Source of the DNA: Gonapodya sp. JEL0774
Taxonomy: Eukaryota
Assembly (NCBI GenBank): GCA_027604505.1
Contig: JADIIX010000078.1
Span: 1 to 64,000 of the forward strand
Reading direction: 5' to 3'
Length of the DNA: 64,000 bases
The notes beneath the pieces were generated by a model. That model worked only from the letters and a program-made list of their open reading frames with translations. It made no database searches and was not told where the DNA came from. The translations under genes and the position numbers were made by a program. Shown in pieces: positions 11,066-22,851 of this stretch. The number at the start of each line of letters is the position of its first letter. Within the stretch, counting starts at the first letter, position 1.

Positions 11066-14000
11066 ATGCCCCGCACTGCACACGGTCCCTGGAGGGCGTT
11101 TCGTGCACTTGGAGTCATCTCAAATCAAGTCCCCGTGGATGTCCAAGCCAGGGGAACTAAGTACTTTCTCACAACCTGTGTCGGACACTCCTTTCAAATT
11201 TACTCTGTCAGTAAGTCAGTCACAGAGCCCCCATTTATTTGCCTTGCATTCCTGCGCTGGGTGTCTGTTTGTCTCAGTCTCTGTGATTCTTGCTTCTGCA
11301 TCAGTGTGACAAGTTGAAACTCCTCTTTGTCAGTGAGTCAGTTTCTCCGTCGAAGTAATTCTTTGGCGCAGTTCCAACCTTACAATTCAGGCACTTCCAC
11401 TACTGAAACTATCACGAGTATTGTATCGTTCAAGGACTTCACGTTCACGGCTTGTGGTGCTGTTGTAATCAAATTCCGGAGGGCCCGTGAAGTCCAGCAA
11501 TTTTCGATTCCAGACCTTTCTGATGATGCTCGAAAGAATTTGAGAATAACGCAATTGATCATTCTGGGTGACTATGTAATTGGTCTGGCGAGCGATAATG
11601 TCGTCAGAGCCTGGCGGACAGATTCGGGAGGTGTGAACACTTGGAGTTCTTCTTGTCTGTAAAACTCTTCCCGATTCATTACTTTGCTATTTGGCAACGC
11701 AGAACTCGATTCGTCCTGGGACCTTGGATCGGATTTCACCGGTATTCTCCTCCTTCACCCTCCTACCTTTGTCAACAAGGTGTTGGTGGTTGGCGCAGAC
11801 GGTGCTCTCAGGCTCTACAATGTCCGGACCACGCAACTCGTTCATTCGTTTAGCCAACTCCATCATTCCCCGATCACAGCGATGTCATCGACTCCTGTTG
11901 CCGATATCGTTGCCATTGGCCACTTGGATGGTGCTATAGACCTGCTCGACATTCGGTCGGACCAGCGTTTGATGACACTGTACCAAGACGACAAAGTCTC
12001 AAGCATCGCCTTTAGAACGGATGGACCAACTATCATGGCAACTGGGAATACCAAAGGCGACATATGTCTCTGGGACTTGGAGAAGCGCCGAATAGTCAGT
12101 GTCATGAAAGGTGCCCACAACGGTCACGTGTCCTCCATCTACTTCTTCCAAGGACAGCCGCTCATGCTCACGGCGAGCCCGGACAACTCGGTGAAGGAGT
12201 GGCTCTTCGATTCTCCGGACGGCGTTCCCCGCTTGCTGCGGTTTCGCGAGGGGCACTCCTCCTCACCCACCCGAGTGCGGTTCCACGGCGCGTCAGGCAA
12301 AACTCTCCTCTCCGCAGCTCGCGATCGCAGTATCCGCCTCGTCAGCGTAATACGCGACGCGCAATCGGTCGAACTCAGTCAAGGGAAGGGGTTGGAGGCC
12401 GTGTCGCAAAAGAGGGACCTGCGGTTGCAAGAGCTGAAACTTCCAATTGTGACTGCGATAGCCTCGCGTATGTTGCGCACGGGCTTCTTAATTGTTGATC
12501 ATCCCCTGCCCTTGTAATGCATGTCTATTTTTCAGGTGAAACCCGGCAAGGCGATTGGGATAACATCGTGACAGCTCACTTGAACGATAGCTCCGCACGA
12601 ACTTGGGACGCGCAACGCAAGGCACTGGGTAAGCACACTCTTCCCACAACTGACGGCAAGCCGGTCTCTTGTGTCGCCATCAGCACATGTGGGAACTTTG
12701 GGTTCGTTGGGTCTGTGGGTGGGTCACTGGATATGTTCAACCTGCAATCGGGTCTGCACCGCCAGCGGTTCGGCCAACACGGACAAGGTATTGTGACGAA
12801 TGTATCATGAGGGTGTGTGGGAACTCTCTCACCCAGCTGTGTGCTTGTATAGGTCATCTTCGTGCCGTCACAGGGGTTGCGTCAGACCCCATCAACCGCA
12901 CTGTCATCAGCTCTTCGTCTGATGCAACAGCGCGATTCTGGGACTTCGAGAGCGGCGGTCTTTTGGACACCCTCCAACTCCCATGTTCGGCATCGAGCCT
13001 GTACTTGACCGCTACCTCGACTTTGTGCGCCCTGGTGATGGAGGATTGGTCGATCATCGTTGTGGATGTGGACTCGAGGAGGATCGTGCGAACATTTGTT
13101 GGACACACTGGCGCCATCACAGACATTGCCTTCACACCAAACAACCGATGGTTAGTCTCGTCTTCTGCAGACAGTACCATCAGGACTTGGGATCTACCAT
13201 CTGGATTGTGTGTGGACGTGTTTGGTGTGGAGAGTGTGGCGACCAGTTTGTCCATCAGCCCCACCGGTGAGTGGCTTGCGACATCGCATATCGATAATGT
13301 TGGGGTGTTCCTTTGGTATGTATGTCGAGAGAGGATTGAGCTTCATGTGGCCAGGCGAGTGATTGTTGAACTCTCCCTTCCTTAGGAGTAATGTTTCTCA
13401 ATGGACCAGTATATTTGGTGTCGATGAGCAAGCGGCGCACTATCCTACACTTTCTCTGCCTACTGCGGCAGACGTGGAGGAAGTTAACGACACCGATGAT
13501 CTTCAAGGTGAGCTGGAAAGCGAAATGATTGGACCACTCTAGCATTTCAACAACAAAACGGTTTCAGAATGGAAGGATGATAGTGAAGCACCAGAGAGCA
13601 CGAAGTTGATTGTGAATGTGGATTCGTTGGCCGACGATACCGTTCGTCTGTCGTTGGTGCCCAAGTCGCGATGGCAGACTCTTCTCAACCTGGATACTAT
13701 CAAAGTAAGCACAGATGATCACGTGAACTCGGGGTGGTTCTGGTTGATTTGCAGCCGTTTACGATCTATATTTTTACTTTTGAAGGCTCGAAATAAACCT
13801 GTGCAAAAGGTCACGAAACCGGAAAAAGTACCGTTCTTCCTTCCGACCATCGCCGGCGCTCAACCAAAGCTGAATCCGCTCTCCGAGATAAAGAAAGACA
13901 ATGAAATCGCTCAAGCGAAACCATACGAGGGATCACGCACCGCGGTACCGTCTTCGGCGACGGGCTTGTCGACGATGCTACGAAAATGTAATCTCACCGG

Positions 14001-14509
14001 AGATTGTGAGAGAAATCTTTTGAGTGTTGGGTTGTCTATTTTCAATCTTCATTTCGGTCTTGTTTCAGTTGCCCCACTCTTTGAGGAGATGACGACTTGG
14101 TCCGCTTCAGCACTTGATTTTCATCTTCGCGCTCTTTCTTCCACCCCAGACTTCTTTGCATCTGTGCCTGATGATGAGGAGTCAGATTTAGAGATCTTAA
14201 CGAAAGCTTTGCGATGGTGCTTGAGCAACAAAAAGGATTTTGAGTTTGTCGAAGCACTTTTGGCATTGACCTTGCGAGTGAGATTCCCCCCAACAAAAAC
14301 TCTGTTTTTGGATCAAACGAGACGCGCTCACTACTCTTTGTGAACCTCAGATTCACGGCGATGTTCTTGCCATGGGTAGTCGGACAGAAGATTCTAGGGG
14401 AGACGCTCTTGATGCCATTTTACCTCTGCACATTGGAACCTGGCAACGATTAGACCAGCTTTTCTCTTATGCAGATTGTTTAGCGAATTTTATACGTAGT
14501 AGTGCATAA
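11066..14509 (+). CDS. UTP21: U3 snoRNP / SSU processome WD40 protein Utp21 (WDR36), multi-exon
   Basis: N-terminal FRALGVISNQVP...TTCVGHSFQIY; WD40 repeats; WDNIVTAH; C-terminal Utp21 domain LSLVPKSRWQTLLNLDTIK/ARNKP...PFFLPT; GT-AG introns; ends ANFIRSSA*. Confidence 0.93.
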
Positions 14510-14621
14510 ATCTGAATACTCTTGCAAACTTCAATCGATGGTATCACACACTGACGTTGCTCGACTCAAGCCCCCCAGTTGCAGATTCGAACACAACAGC
14601 TTGAGGCGAAAGCCAAAGTAT

Positions 14622-15089
14622 TTAGTCCTCTCGCACAACAGGTAGCCCGCAAGGTTGAATCATTTTCTTTCCAAGAAAGACAAGGCACGAATGAGCCATT
14701 TGCAGCTAGCTGACTGCGCTAGTCACACACCTCAATGAAGTTGAACTTCATCCGGGCAACACTCTCGTTTTCGGCGACCGCGAAATAGCTCACGAGATTG
14801 TGATGGCCAATATATGATGCATAGCTATCGCGATGTTGGTTGACTACCCACTCACTGCACAGAGCGCGACAACGAGTTGAACCCTACCCAAATAGAGGAG
14901 TCGGCGCAAGCAAACTCACTACTTGTTAGTATCAGCGTGGCCTGTTCCAACGTACTTGGATTGAACTAGAGCGAGTTTTAGCGAGTGCAGAGAATCCCGC
15001 TGGTGAGTTCATTATACATTGACACATATCTCCAAGGAAAACTCACGATGTTCCAGCTGAGAGTTTGTTGTTCCTCCAGGCTGCGCCAT
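14622..15089 (-). CDS. SF3B5: Splicing factor 3B subunit 5 (SF3b10/Ysf3), 4 exons; absent from the ORF track
   Basis: Spliced translation MAQPGGTTNSQLEH/QSKYVGTGHADTNK/EWVVNQHRDSYASYIGHHNLVSYFAVAENESVARMKFNFIE/KMIQPCGLPVVRED* matches the SF3b10 family. Confidence 0.93.
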
Positions 15090-15216
15090 TATTCCACTGA
15101 GTAAGTAAAATGTGAACCGCTAGTCGTGGGGAAGGGTGGTGGGTGCTGTTGAGATGTCAGACCATAGCACAGAGCACGAAGGACCATGAACTCATTACTT
15201 CGCAACCACCCGCACA

Positions 15217-17253
15217 ATGACCACCAAGCTTTCTCGTGAGGAGTTCAGAAGACAAAAAGACCTCGAAGCTGCCCGAAAAGCGTGAGTGGGAAGTACTGAA
15301 CGCTGCAAACATTGGCAAGAAACTGATAACCATCGACGACCAGTGGAACTGCGCCTGCCGAGGTCGACGAAGACACGGGGAAGGACATCAACCCACACAT
15401 CCCGCAATGTGAGTGGGCTATGCGGTGTGATCCAGTGCAGGAGACACAGTGATTGACTCAGTTCGGATTGACTCCGTCCCTCACCTAACCCATGTCGATG
15501 ACTGAGTACAGATATCAGTGCCGCGCCATGGTACATCGACTCGGGTAAAGTTAGCTTGTCTCATCAACGGAATTTGTTGAAGAAGGTCGAGGATTCGCAA
15601 TGGTACGAACGGGGTCTGAAAGTGAGTATCAGATAGGGAATTACATTATCTGGCATTTGTGATTCATCCCTCTTCCACTGGGACCGATGAAAATGTCAGA
15701 TTGAAGCCCCTCGCAAGTTTCGCAAAGGTGCTTGCGAAAATTGTGGCTCCATGACCCACAAAACCAAGGAGTGTATGGAGCGCCCCCGGAAGCTCGGTGC
15801 CAAATGGACAGGAAAGGACATTAGCGCTGATGAAGTCATTCAAGAAGTAGAAACGACCTGGGATGGAAAGCGGGACCGGTGGAATGGGTACGACCCTTCG
15901 GAGCACATGAGACACATTGAAGGTGTGTGCATGACACTGCTGGACAAGCATCTCGCCCTATTCCCAATAGCGCTCTTTTATCTCCTAGAATTCGAGCTGG
16001 TAGACCAAGAGCGGAAGAAAGCACGGGCAGCTGACCTCGAACAGAAGTTGAAAGCTGGGGAAGTGGAGCAGGATGACGTTGAGGAATCGCTCGATGAAGA
16101 TAAATATGCCGAACAGGCCGACATGCCTGGTCAGAAAATGGACGCCAAGACCCGCACGACAATCCGTAACCTTCGTATCCGAGAGGACACTGCGAAATAC
16201 CTCCGCAACCTGAGTCTTGAATCTGCGCACTACGATCCCAAAACACGTTCCATGCGTGACAACCCTTACAGAGACCGGGAACAGGACCCCAGCGCGGTTC
16301 CTTTTGCGGGTGACAACTTTGTACGCTACTCGGGGGATGTGACCAAGATGAATCAGTTGCAGCTCTTCGCTTGGGAAGCTGCCCAACGTGCCGGCGGAGA
16401 GGTGCACGTGCAGTCTAATCCCACACAAGCGGACTTGCTCTATCGAGAGTTCCAGCAAAAGAAGGAGAAGGTCAAGGACACGGTCAAAGAGAGCATTTTA
16501 GATCGGTACGGGGGCGTCGAGCACCTCCAAGCACCCCCCAAAGAGCTCCTCCTCGCCCAAACCGAGAACTACGTCGAATACTCCCGAACAGGTCGTGTCA
16601 TCAAGGGCCAGGAACGGGCGAAAGTCAAGAGTCGGTACTTGGAAGACACCTACCTCAACAATCACACCACTGTGTGGGGCTCATGGTGGTCTGCGGGGAA
16701 GTGGGGTTACGCTTGTTGTCACTCGAACACAAAGAATTCGTATTGTACTGGCGAGAGTGGAAAGGAGGCGGCGAGGATGGTGCCTGTGATGAAGGAGGAT
16801 TCCGAGAGAAAGACTTTGCAACAACAGGTGAGGCAGTTGGTTTGGTTGGGACCTATACTCGCAACAAAGTAGAGTAGGGGGGGCCGTCGTGTTTCACGCT
16901 CGAACGCTCACACATGACGCAATAACGCCCTCCCCCCCCTCCCCCCCCCCTCCCCTCCCTCCTCCCCCAATCCCCTACCCGTTTAGCTCCAACAATCCTC
17001 CACCCCCTTGGCGCCTCCTGCCGCCCGCAAACGGAAAGCCGAATTGGGTGAAGGTGACATCGAACTGGACCAGTCCCGGCTCGCCGCTGCGCTGAAGGAG
17101 GAAGAACGGCGGAAGAAGAGTAAAGTGAACGAGAGGGAGCAGGGGTACCAGAGCGGGAGCGGCCACGAGGTGACGGAGGAGGAGTTGGAGGCGTATAGGA
17201 GGTTGAGGCAGCATGGGGAGGATCCTTTGGCGGGGTATGTGGATGCAGAGTAG
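15217..17253 (+). CDS. SLU7: Pre-mRNA second-step splicing factor Slu7
   Basis: MTTKLSREEFRRQKDLEAARKA; INPHIPQ; Zn knuckle CENCGSMTHKTKEC; DGKRDRWNGYD; RNLRIREDTAKYL; YDPKTRSMR; ends EELEAYR...DPLAGYVDAE*. Confidence 0.95.
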
Positions 17254-18570
17254 CGAGAGTGAATAGCCGGGTGTTGGGCAGATTAGGCGGCACCCGCGAT
17301 TGTATATACTTCATGTTGTTTGACAAGACCGAACCAGCCGCACGAAAACTGCCAGTCTGCTTGTAATAAAAGTAGAGAGACACAAATGCAGACACGAACC
17401 TTCCTGCAAATTGTAGTTCGATAACTTGGATCTGTTATGAATACGAGACAACGAACCACGTCATTCCCCACTCTCTTCGCCGCACGCACTCACCACCAAC
17501 ACCCACGGCCGGTGCGGGGTCGGCTCGACACGGACTAAGAACCACGACGTGGGCGAACGGCGAATTGGGTGTTCGGGTATCTGGGAGCACTGGGACACAC
17601 CAGGTCACACGTGCCGCGCCCGCCGTATCCGCCGTGGATTGCTGGGGTGGGAAGTCCGTCGCCCCCGTGGCACGCGTTATCTGGGAAAGATCTGGCACCC
17701 GGCCCTCACTCTGTTTTCCTCACGTTTCAAATTTTAAAGAAACAACAGTTTTCGAAACAGATCGATTTTTCGCACACGGTGTCTTCCACCTAGCCAAGCA
17801 CAAAACCAACAGTGAAGGTTGTAGTGTGATTTCTTATCACAGGCATGGGATTCTTTGGGCTTGGTGTTAAGGGTGGTGCCGGGGTTGAGAGACGGAAGTG
17901 AGGGGGGTGAGCGGCAGGTGAAATCACCACCCGGATAACCGAAAGTAAGTTCACCTTTGATAACTCTTCCGCGCTTCCGCTTGTCTCCTCAAGTTCGTCG
18001 TGCCCCGGTGTCATATATCCGAGCCATAATGTGTTCGAATCGCACAAACAGTCGATTCCAGCAAGAGTTTTCCCTACGGCGCACGAAAGGGTTGCTCGTT
18101 CGAGAGTGGTTGTGAAATCTCGGTTTGTAAATGTGTCGAGGTGCAGGTGGTGTAGGAAGTGGAGTGGTGGTGTTGTTTGCTTTGAGTGTGGGTTGTCTGC
18201 CTGTCCGGCGACATCACATCTGGAATCTTCGCACGCAAACCCCTCCCCTCCCTCCCCTCCCCCCCCGATGACTGACTCCCTCAGTCCGCCCGAATCATTT
18301 ATTTTTTCAGTCCAAATAAGCCTCATCTCACCGACTCGATTTCCGCACACGGCTGCGGACGGTTGGCGATGTCGGCTGATGTCCACTGTCTTCCCACCAC
18401 TGCTTTACCACCTCTCCACGTCCACGTCCGTCCACGTCTACCCGTCGGCGCCGATCCGGACGACGACGACGACGACGGGTACGCCCACCCTCACCACCCT
18501 CCCACACCCCACACCCCACACCTCCACCTCTCGGGCCCGGACCACGGTGTTCTTAGCACGTGTTTACATG

Positions 18571-18632
18571 TCAGTGTGCCAGTGTGCCAGTGTGCCAGTG
18601 TGCCAGTGTGCCAGTGTGCCAGTGTCAGTGTG
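18571..18632. repeat. (CAGTGTGC)n tandem repeat, about 6 copies
   Basis: Direct reading: tcagtgtgccagtgtgccagtgtgcc... Confidence 0.9.
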
Positions 18633-19122
18633 TCTGCCGTCGGGGGTGCGGACGGGGGGGGGAGCCGTGCTCAATGTGGGTTGTGTGGTGCGTGGTGGTG
18701 TGGTGTGGTGTGCTGTAGTGGACGCAGGTCACCCACGAAAGAGAATATACCCCTGTCTTCCTCACATGGAAATCATGCACCGGAACCCCCAGGTCCCTTC
18801 AGGCAAACCCACCCCCTGCAGTGCACTCATCCACGCAGTGTGTGCAGTGGGTTTACAAACTCGAAATGTGCGCTATATTCACCCCCTTAGACCGTAACCT
18901 CCCCCTATGCAGAGAGACGTGCAACCTACGAACCCCCGCCGTTCGCCCGACCACCGAACCACACCACACCCCGGCCCAACCCCACCCTCCGTTGCCACCG
19001 ATTGGGAACGCGGGCAGGGGGCAGAGGGGGACTTCGTGGTCGCTGCACGACACGACAAACATGGATACACACAACCACACCACCCGACACACACACACTC
19101 TCTCTCTTCCCCCAGTGCCCGT

Positions 19123-20658
19123 CTACTCCTCCTCCTCCTCGCCACCTTCCTCGCCCTTTTCTGCGGCCTTCGCGCGCTTGCGCTTTACGCGGCCGGGGCC
19201 TGCGGGGGGATGGGGGTCGGGTGGAGGGGGGGGGGAGAGTGGGGGTGAGACGAAGGAGGAAGGAGGAAGGAGATCGCGGCGCGCGGCGTGGAGGGGGGCG
19301 AGATAGAGAGGGAAGGAATCGTCCCACGTCCTAGTGTCCGCTCTACCCCTATTATTTCCCTCCTTCTCATGGCCTCTCCCTCACCCAATCCCCACTCCCC
19401 ATTCCCCCTGTCCCGGCAACCTCCTTCCCATTTTCCATTCCCCCCCAACACCCCCCCAACACCCCCACCCCTTCGTACTCACGTCCACCTCCATACGGAC
19501 TCGTGAGGGCAAAGTCAATGTGCTTCTGGGAGTCGAGACGGACCACAAACGAGGGGATGTTGACGATTTGTTTGCCGACGCTGTGTTGGGTGCGCGTAGA
19601 GAGATAAAAAAACCAAACGAACGGGTCAACTGGTGCATAGGATAGGGTGTGTCCATTCCATCCCATATGGACCCGCTGAAGTCAATCGCCTCCGGCGGAC
19701 TGTGCCCGTCGCTGACGCTTGGGCGAGATTGGTCCATATGGACCGCTGGGGATCATTCGCCTCCGGCGGACTGTGCCCGTCGCTGACGCTTGGGCGAGAT
19801 TGGTCCATATGGGCCTCTTCAGGCCTATATGGACCACTGGGAATCAATCGCCTCCGGCGGACTGTGCCCGTCGCTGACGCTTGGGCGAGATTGATCCATA
19901 TGGGCCTCTTCAGGCCCTTCAGGCCATATGGACCGCTGGGATCAATCGCCTCCGGCGGACTGTGCCCGTCGCTGACGCTTGGGTGATGGCGCTCGCTGAC
20001 GCTCGCGCTGGCCTTCGCTCACTCCGCTCGGGGAAACTCACCGAATGTGCCTCTGCCTAATCAAAACCCTGGCATGATGAACCGACTTTGCCAAACCCAA
20101 TTTGAAGACCTGAGTCTGGAGCCTGCGTTCCAAAAAGTCTTCAATCTTGAGGCCGAGGACGTAATCGAGCCTGGCTTTGGACTCGTCGAGGACACCGATG
20201 CGAATGAGTCTGCGGATGAGAGCGTTTCCTTCAAAGAGACGCTTCGAGTCCTTTTCCTCGAGGGTGAGGAGTTCACGGGCTGCACGACGAATTTTGGAGA
20301 GGACGAGACCGACGCGCCAGATCTCGCGCTTGTTACGGAGGCCGTACTCGCCGAGGAGTTTGAGTTCCTGGTCGAGACGTTCGGCCGTGAAAGGACGCTT
20401 TGGGACCTTTGTGACCTTTGATGCTGAGAGTTGGGAGTGAGTGTGGTGTGGGAGTAGGAGTGAGAGGGGGGATGGGAGTGTGTATGGGTGATGGGAGAGT
20501 GGGTGGGAGAGTAGAGTGGTGGGAGAGAGGGAGAGAGGGAGAGAGGGAGTAGGGGGGTGAGAGGGAGGGGTGTGACACGGAGGGTGAGTGGGTGCAGGGG
20601 TGAGAGGGAGGGGCAGAGAGAAAAGAGACAAGGAATACGCACTGTTCCTCAGGGACAT
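19123..20658 (-). CDS. RPS9: 40S ribosomal protein S9 (uS4); 4 coding exons plus a probable 5'-UTR intron at 20681-20745
   Basis: [19 protein letters not shown]...[54 protein letters not shown]...PGRVKRK. Introns at 19200-19482, 19581-20041 and ~20424-20642. Confidence 0.97.
19663..20034. repeat. Intronic tandem array: 4 identical 38-bp cores TCGCCTCCGGCGGACTGTGCCCGTCGCTGACGCTTGGG with modular spacers
   Basis: Cores start at 19686, 19757, 19848 and 19946 (periods 71, 91, 98). Spacers are built from CCATATGG and AGGCC modules. Confidence 0.95.
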
Positions 20659-21086
20659 TGTGGGGGAAGCAAGGATTCAACTGGAGAGGGGGGGGGGGGG
20701 ACACGTGGGAGGGGCGGGTGGTCGGTGGTCGGTGGGGGGGTTCACCAGGATGGCGCGAATGGGGGGAGTCGCAGGGGAGTCGAGTCAGCACTCTGCGTCC
20801 GCTGTCTCTTCCTCCCTCTCAAATCCAGTTTCTCCCATCCGCACCTACTCTGCTCTCCTCCCAACGATGGATGCTTGTCCCTCTAGTTGAAGACGGGGAG
20901 TGGGGGTGCGCCTGGACCGGGCACTTCCCATCCCCACAAACATTCTGTCCAAACCTCAGTCCTCTCCCTTGTGGCCCGTGCATCTGTGCCACCTCTCCTT
21001 GTGTGCACCCCCCTGCACACTCCACCACCCCCTTCCTCCACCTCCCCACCACATCCATCCATCCAACCCGCCCCCCTTAACCCGCC

Positions 21087-22851
21087 ATGCCCCACTCCTT
21101 CGGTCTCCGTGCACGTACTCGCTACCTCTTCCGCCGGGACTTCCGCACCAATGGCCCCATCAAGCTCTCCACCTACTTGAAGGTCTACAAGGTTGGAGAT
21201 GTCGTGGACATCAAGGCAAATGGTGCCATTCATAAGGGAATGCCTCACAAGTATTACCAGGGGTGAGTACGTCCCCGAGCGGAGTGAGCGAGGGGCGGCC
21301 GGCCGGAGGTGAGCGAAGCGAACCGGAGGTCGGCCTCGCCCAAGCGTCAGCGACGGGCACAGTCCGCCGGAGGCGAATGATCCCCAGCGGTCCATATGGA
21401 CCAATTCACATCCGCCGGAGGCATTGGATTCCTGTGCGTGTCGGGCAGAGTCAGCCGGAGGCGATTGAACTTGGCGGTCCATATGAGGCCCATATAGACC
21501 GGGGAGGACCATGTGGACCAGTTGACCCATTGGGTTTTGTCATGGAGGGTGGAGGGTGGAGGGTGGAGGGTGGAGGGTGGAGGGTGGATGTGGATGTGGA
21601 TGTGGATGTGGATGTGGATGTGGATGGAAGTGGGGGGCGGGGGCGAACTACTCCATAGGGGTCGGGGATCCCCTTGTGGGTGGTACCAGCAGACCAGACC
21701 AGCACCCCGTACCCGGGCACGGTCCATGGCTCGGCGCTCGGTGGCTTGGTGCTCGATGGGGGGGAGCGGTGAGGGGTGGTTTGGTCTTGTGTCTGCGCCG
21801 TTGGCAACCGACACAGCGGGACAGCGCACACATGCGACACACGGTGTGCGGGGCGTGAGGCCGCCCCCTTTCCTGTGTTCGTTCTTGGCGTGTACCCGCT
21901 GGCGCTCATACTCACACCCACCAACCTTTCCCCACCCACCCCCTTCTCCCCCCCCTTAGGCGCACCGGCATCGTCTACAACGTGACCAAATCCGCCGTCG
22001 GCGTCATTGTCAACAAGCGCGTGGGCAACCGCATCATTGCCAAGCGCATCAACCTGCGCATCGAACACATCAAGCACTCGCATTCCAGAGACGATTTCTT
22101 GAGGAGAGTCAAGGAGAATACCAGGCTGTCCGCCGAGGCGAGGGCGAAGGGAGGTGGGTGGCTGGGGCGGGGGGGTGGGGGGTCCAGGGCAAGGGGGCAA
22201 GGAAGAAGGGAGAAGGGGAAGGGCGGTTGGGGGGGTCCGTCATGGCTGGGATAGGCGCCAAGACACCTGTCGAGTCTAGTCTCGTGTATTGTTTGTGCGA
22301 TCTCCCGACCTTCTGTTTCCCTCCTCTCCCTTTCCTCCTCTCCCTCTGCCCCCCACACATACCCCCCTCCGCCCCTCCTCCCTCGAATTCCCCCCAAAGA
22401 ACGCGCCAACCTCAAACGCCAACCCGTCCAACCCCGCGACTCGGTCTTTGTCAAGGTCACGGCGAAGAACGCGCCCGAGACGGTCACGCCCGTGCCGTAC
22501 GAGTGGGTAGCACAGAGAGAGACGGGGATGGGGAGATGGGGGGGATGGCGGATGGCGGGATGGCGGATGGCGGATGGCGGATGGCGGAATGGGGAGGAGA
22601 GGGGATGGGGGGCGTGGGGCGGGTTTGGATGGCGAGGGGTTTCGCTGCTTGTTGTTTTGTTTTTTCTCTGGGTGGGATGTTTGTGGTAGCGCACAACAAG
22701 GGGCGCTCGCGTGCTGTTTATGGGGTTTGTTTCTTCTCTCTTGTGATCCCATCGACTGACACCGCCACCTTCCCCGTCATCCTTCCACCCCCCCCTCCCC
22801 CTCCCCCACCTCCACCTCCACGCCACCCCCCCCTCCAGAGCCCTCGTATAA
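21087..22851 (+). CDS. RPL21: 60S ribosomal protein L21 (eL21), 4 exons
   Basis: [15 protein letters not shown]...[51 protein letters not shown].../LKRQP...PVPYE/ALV*. Introns at 21263-21959, 22154-22399 and 22503-22838. Confidence 0.97.
21272..21528. repeat. Inverted copy of the RPS9 intronic element inside RPL21 intron 1
   Basis: 21335-21405 is the exact reverse complement of 19728-19798 (71 bp); a second, degenerate unit follows. Confidence 0.93.
21543..21628. repeat. (GGAGGGT)n then (GGATGT)n microsatellites; a related (GGATGGC)n tract lies at ~22541-22588
   Basis: Direct reading inside RPL21 introns 1 and 3. Confidence 0.9.

Noticed and set aside
17790..19100. Long ORFs (198 aa minus, 288 aa plus)
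   Set aside because: They run through microsatellites and G/C-skewed low-complexity DNA, with no protein-family signal.
19700..19730. Hammerhead ribozyme in the intronic repeat (CTGACG...GAGA)
   Set aside because: The catalytic core CTGANGA/GAAA is not matched (CTGACGC, GAGA).
19686..19983. CRISPR-like array (38-bp invariant repeat with variable spacers)
   Set aside because: The spacers are related to each other and modular, the array lies in a spliceosomal intron of a eukaryotic gene, and there are no cas genes.
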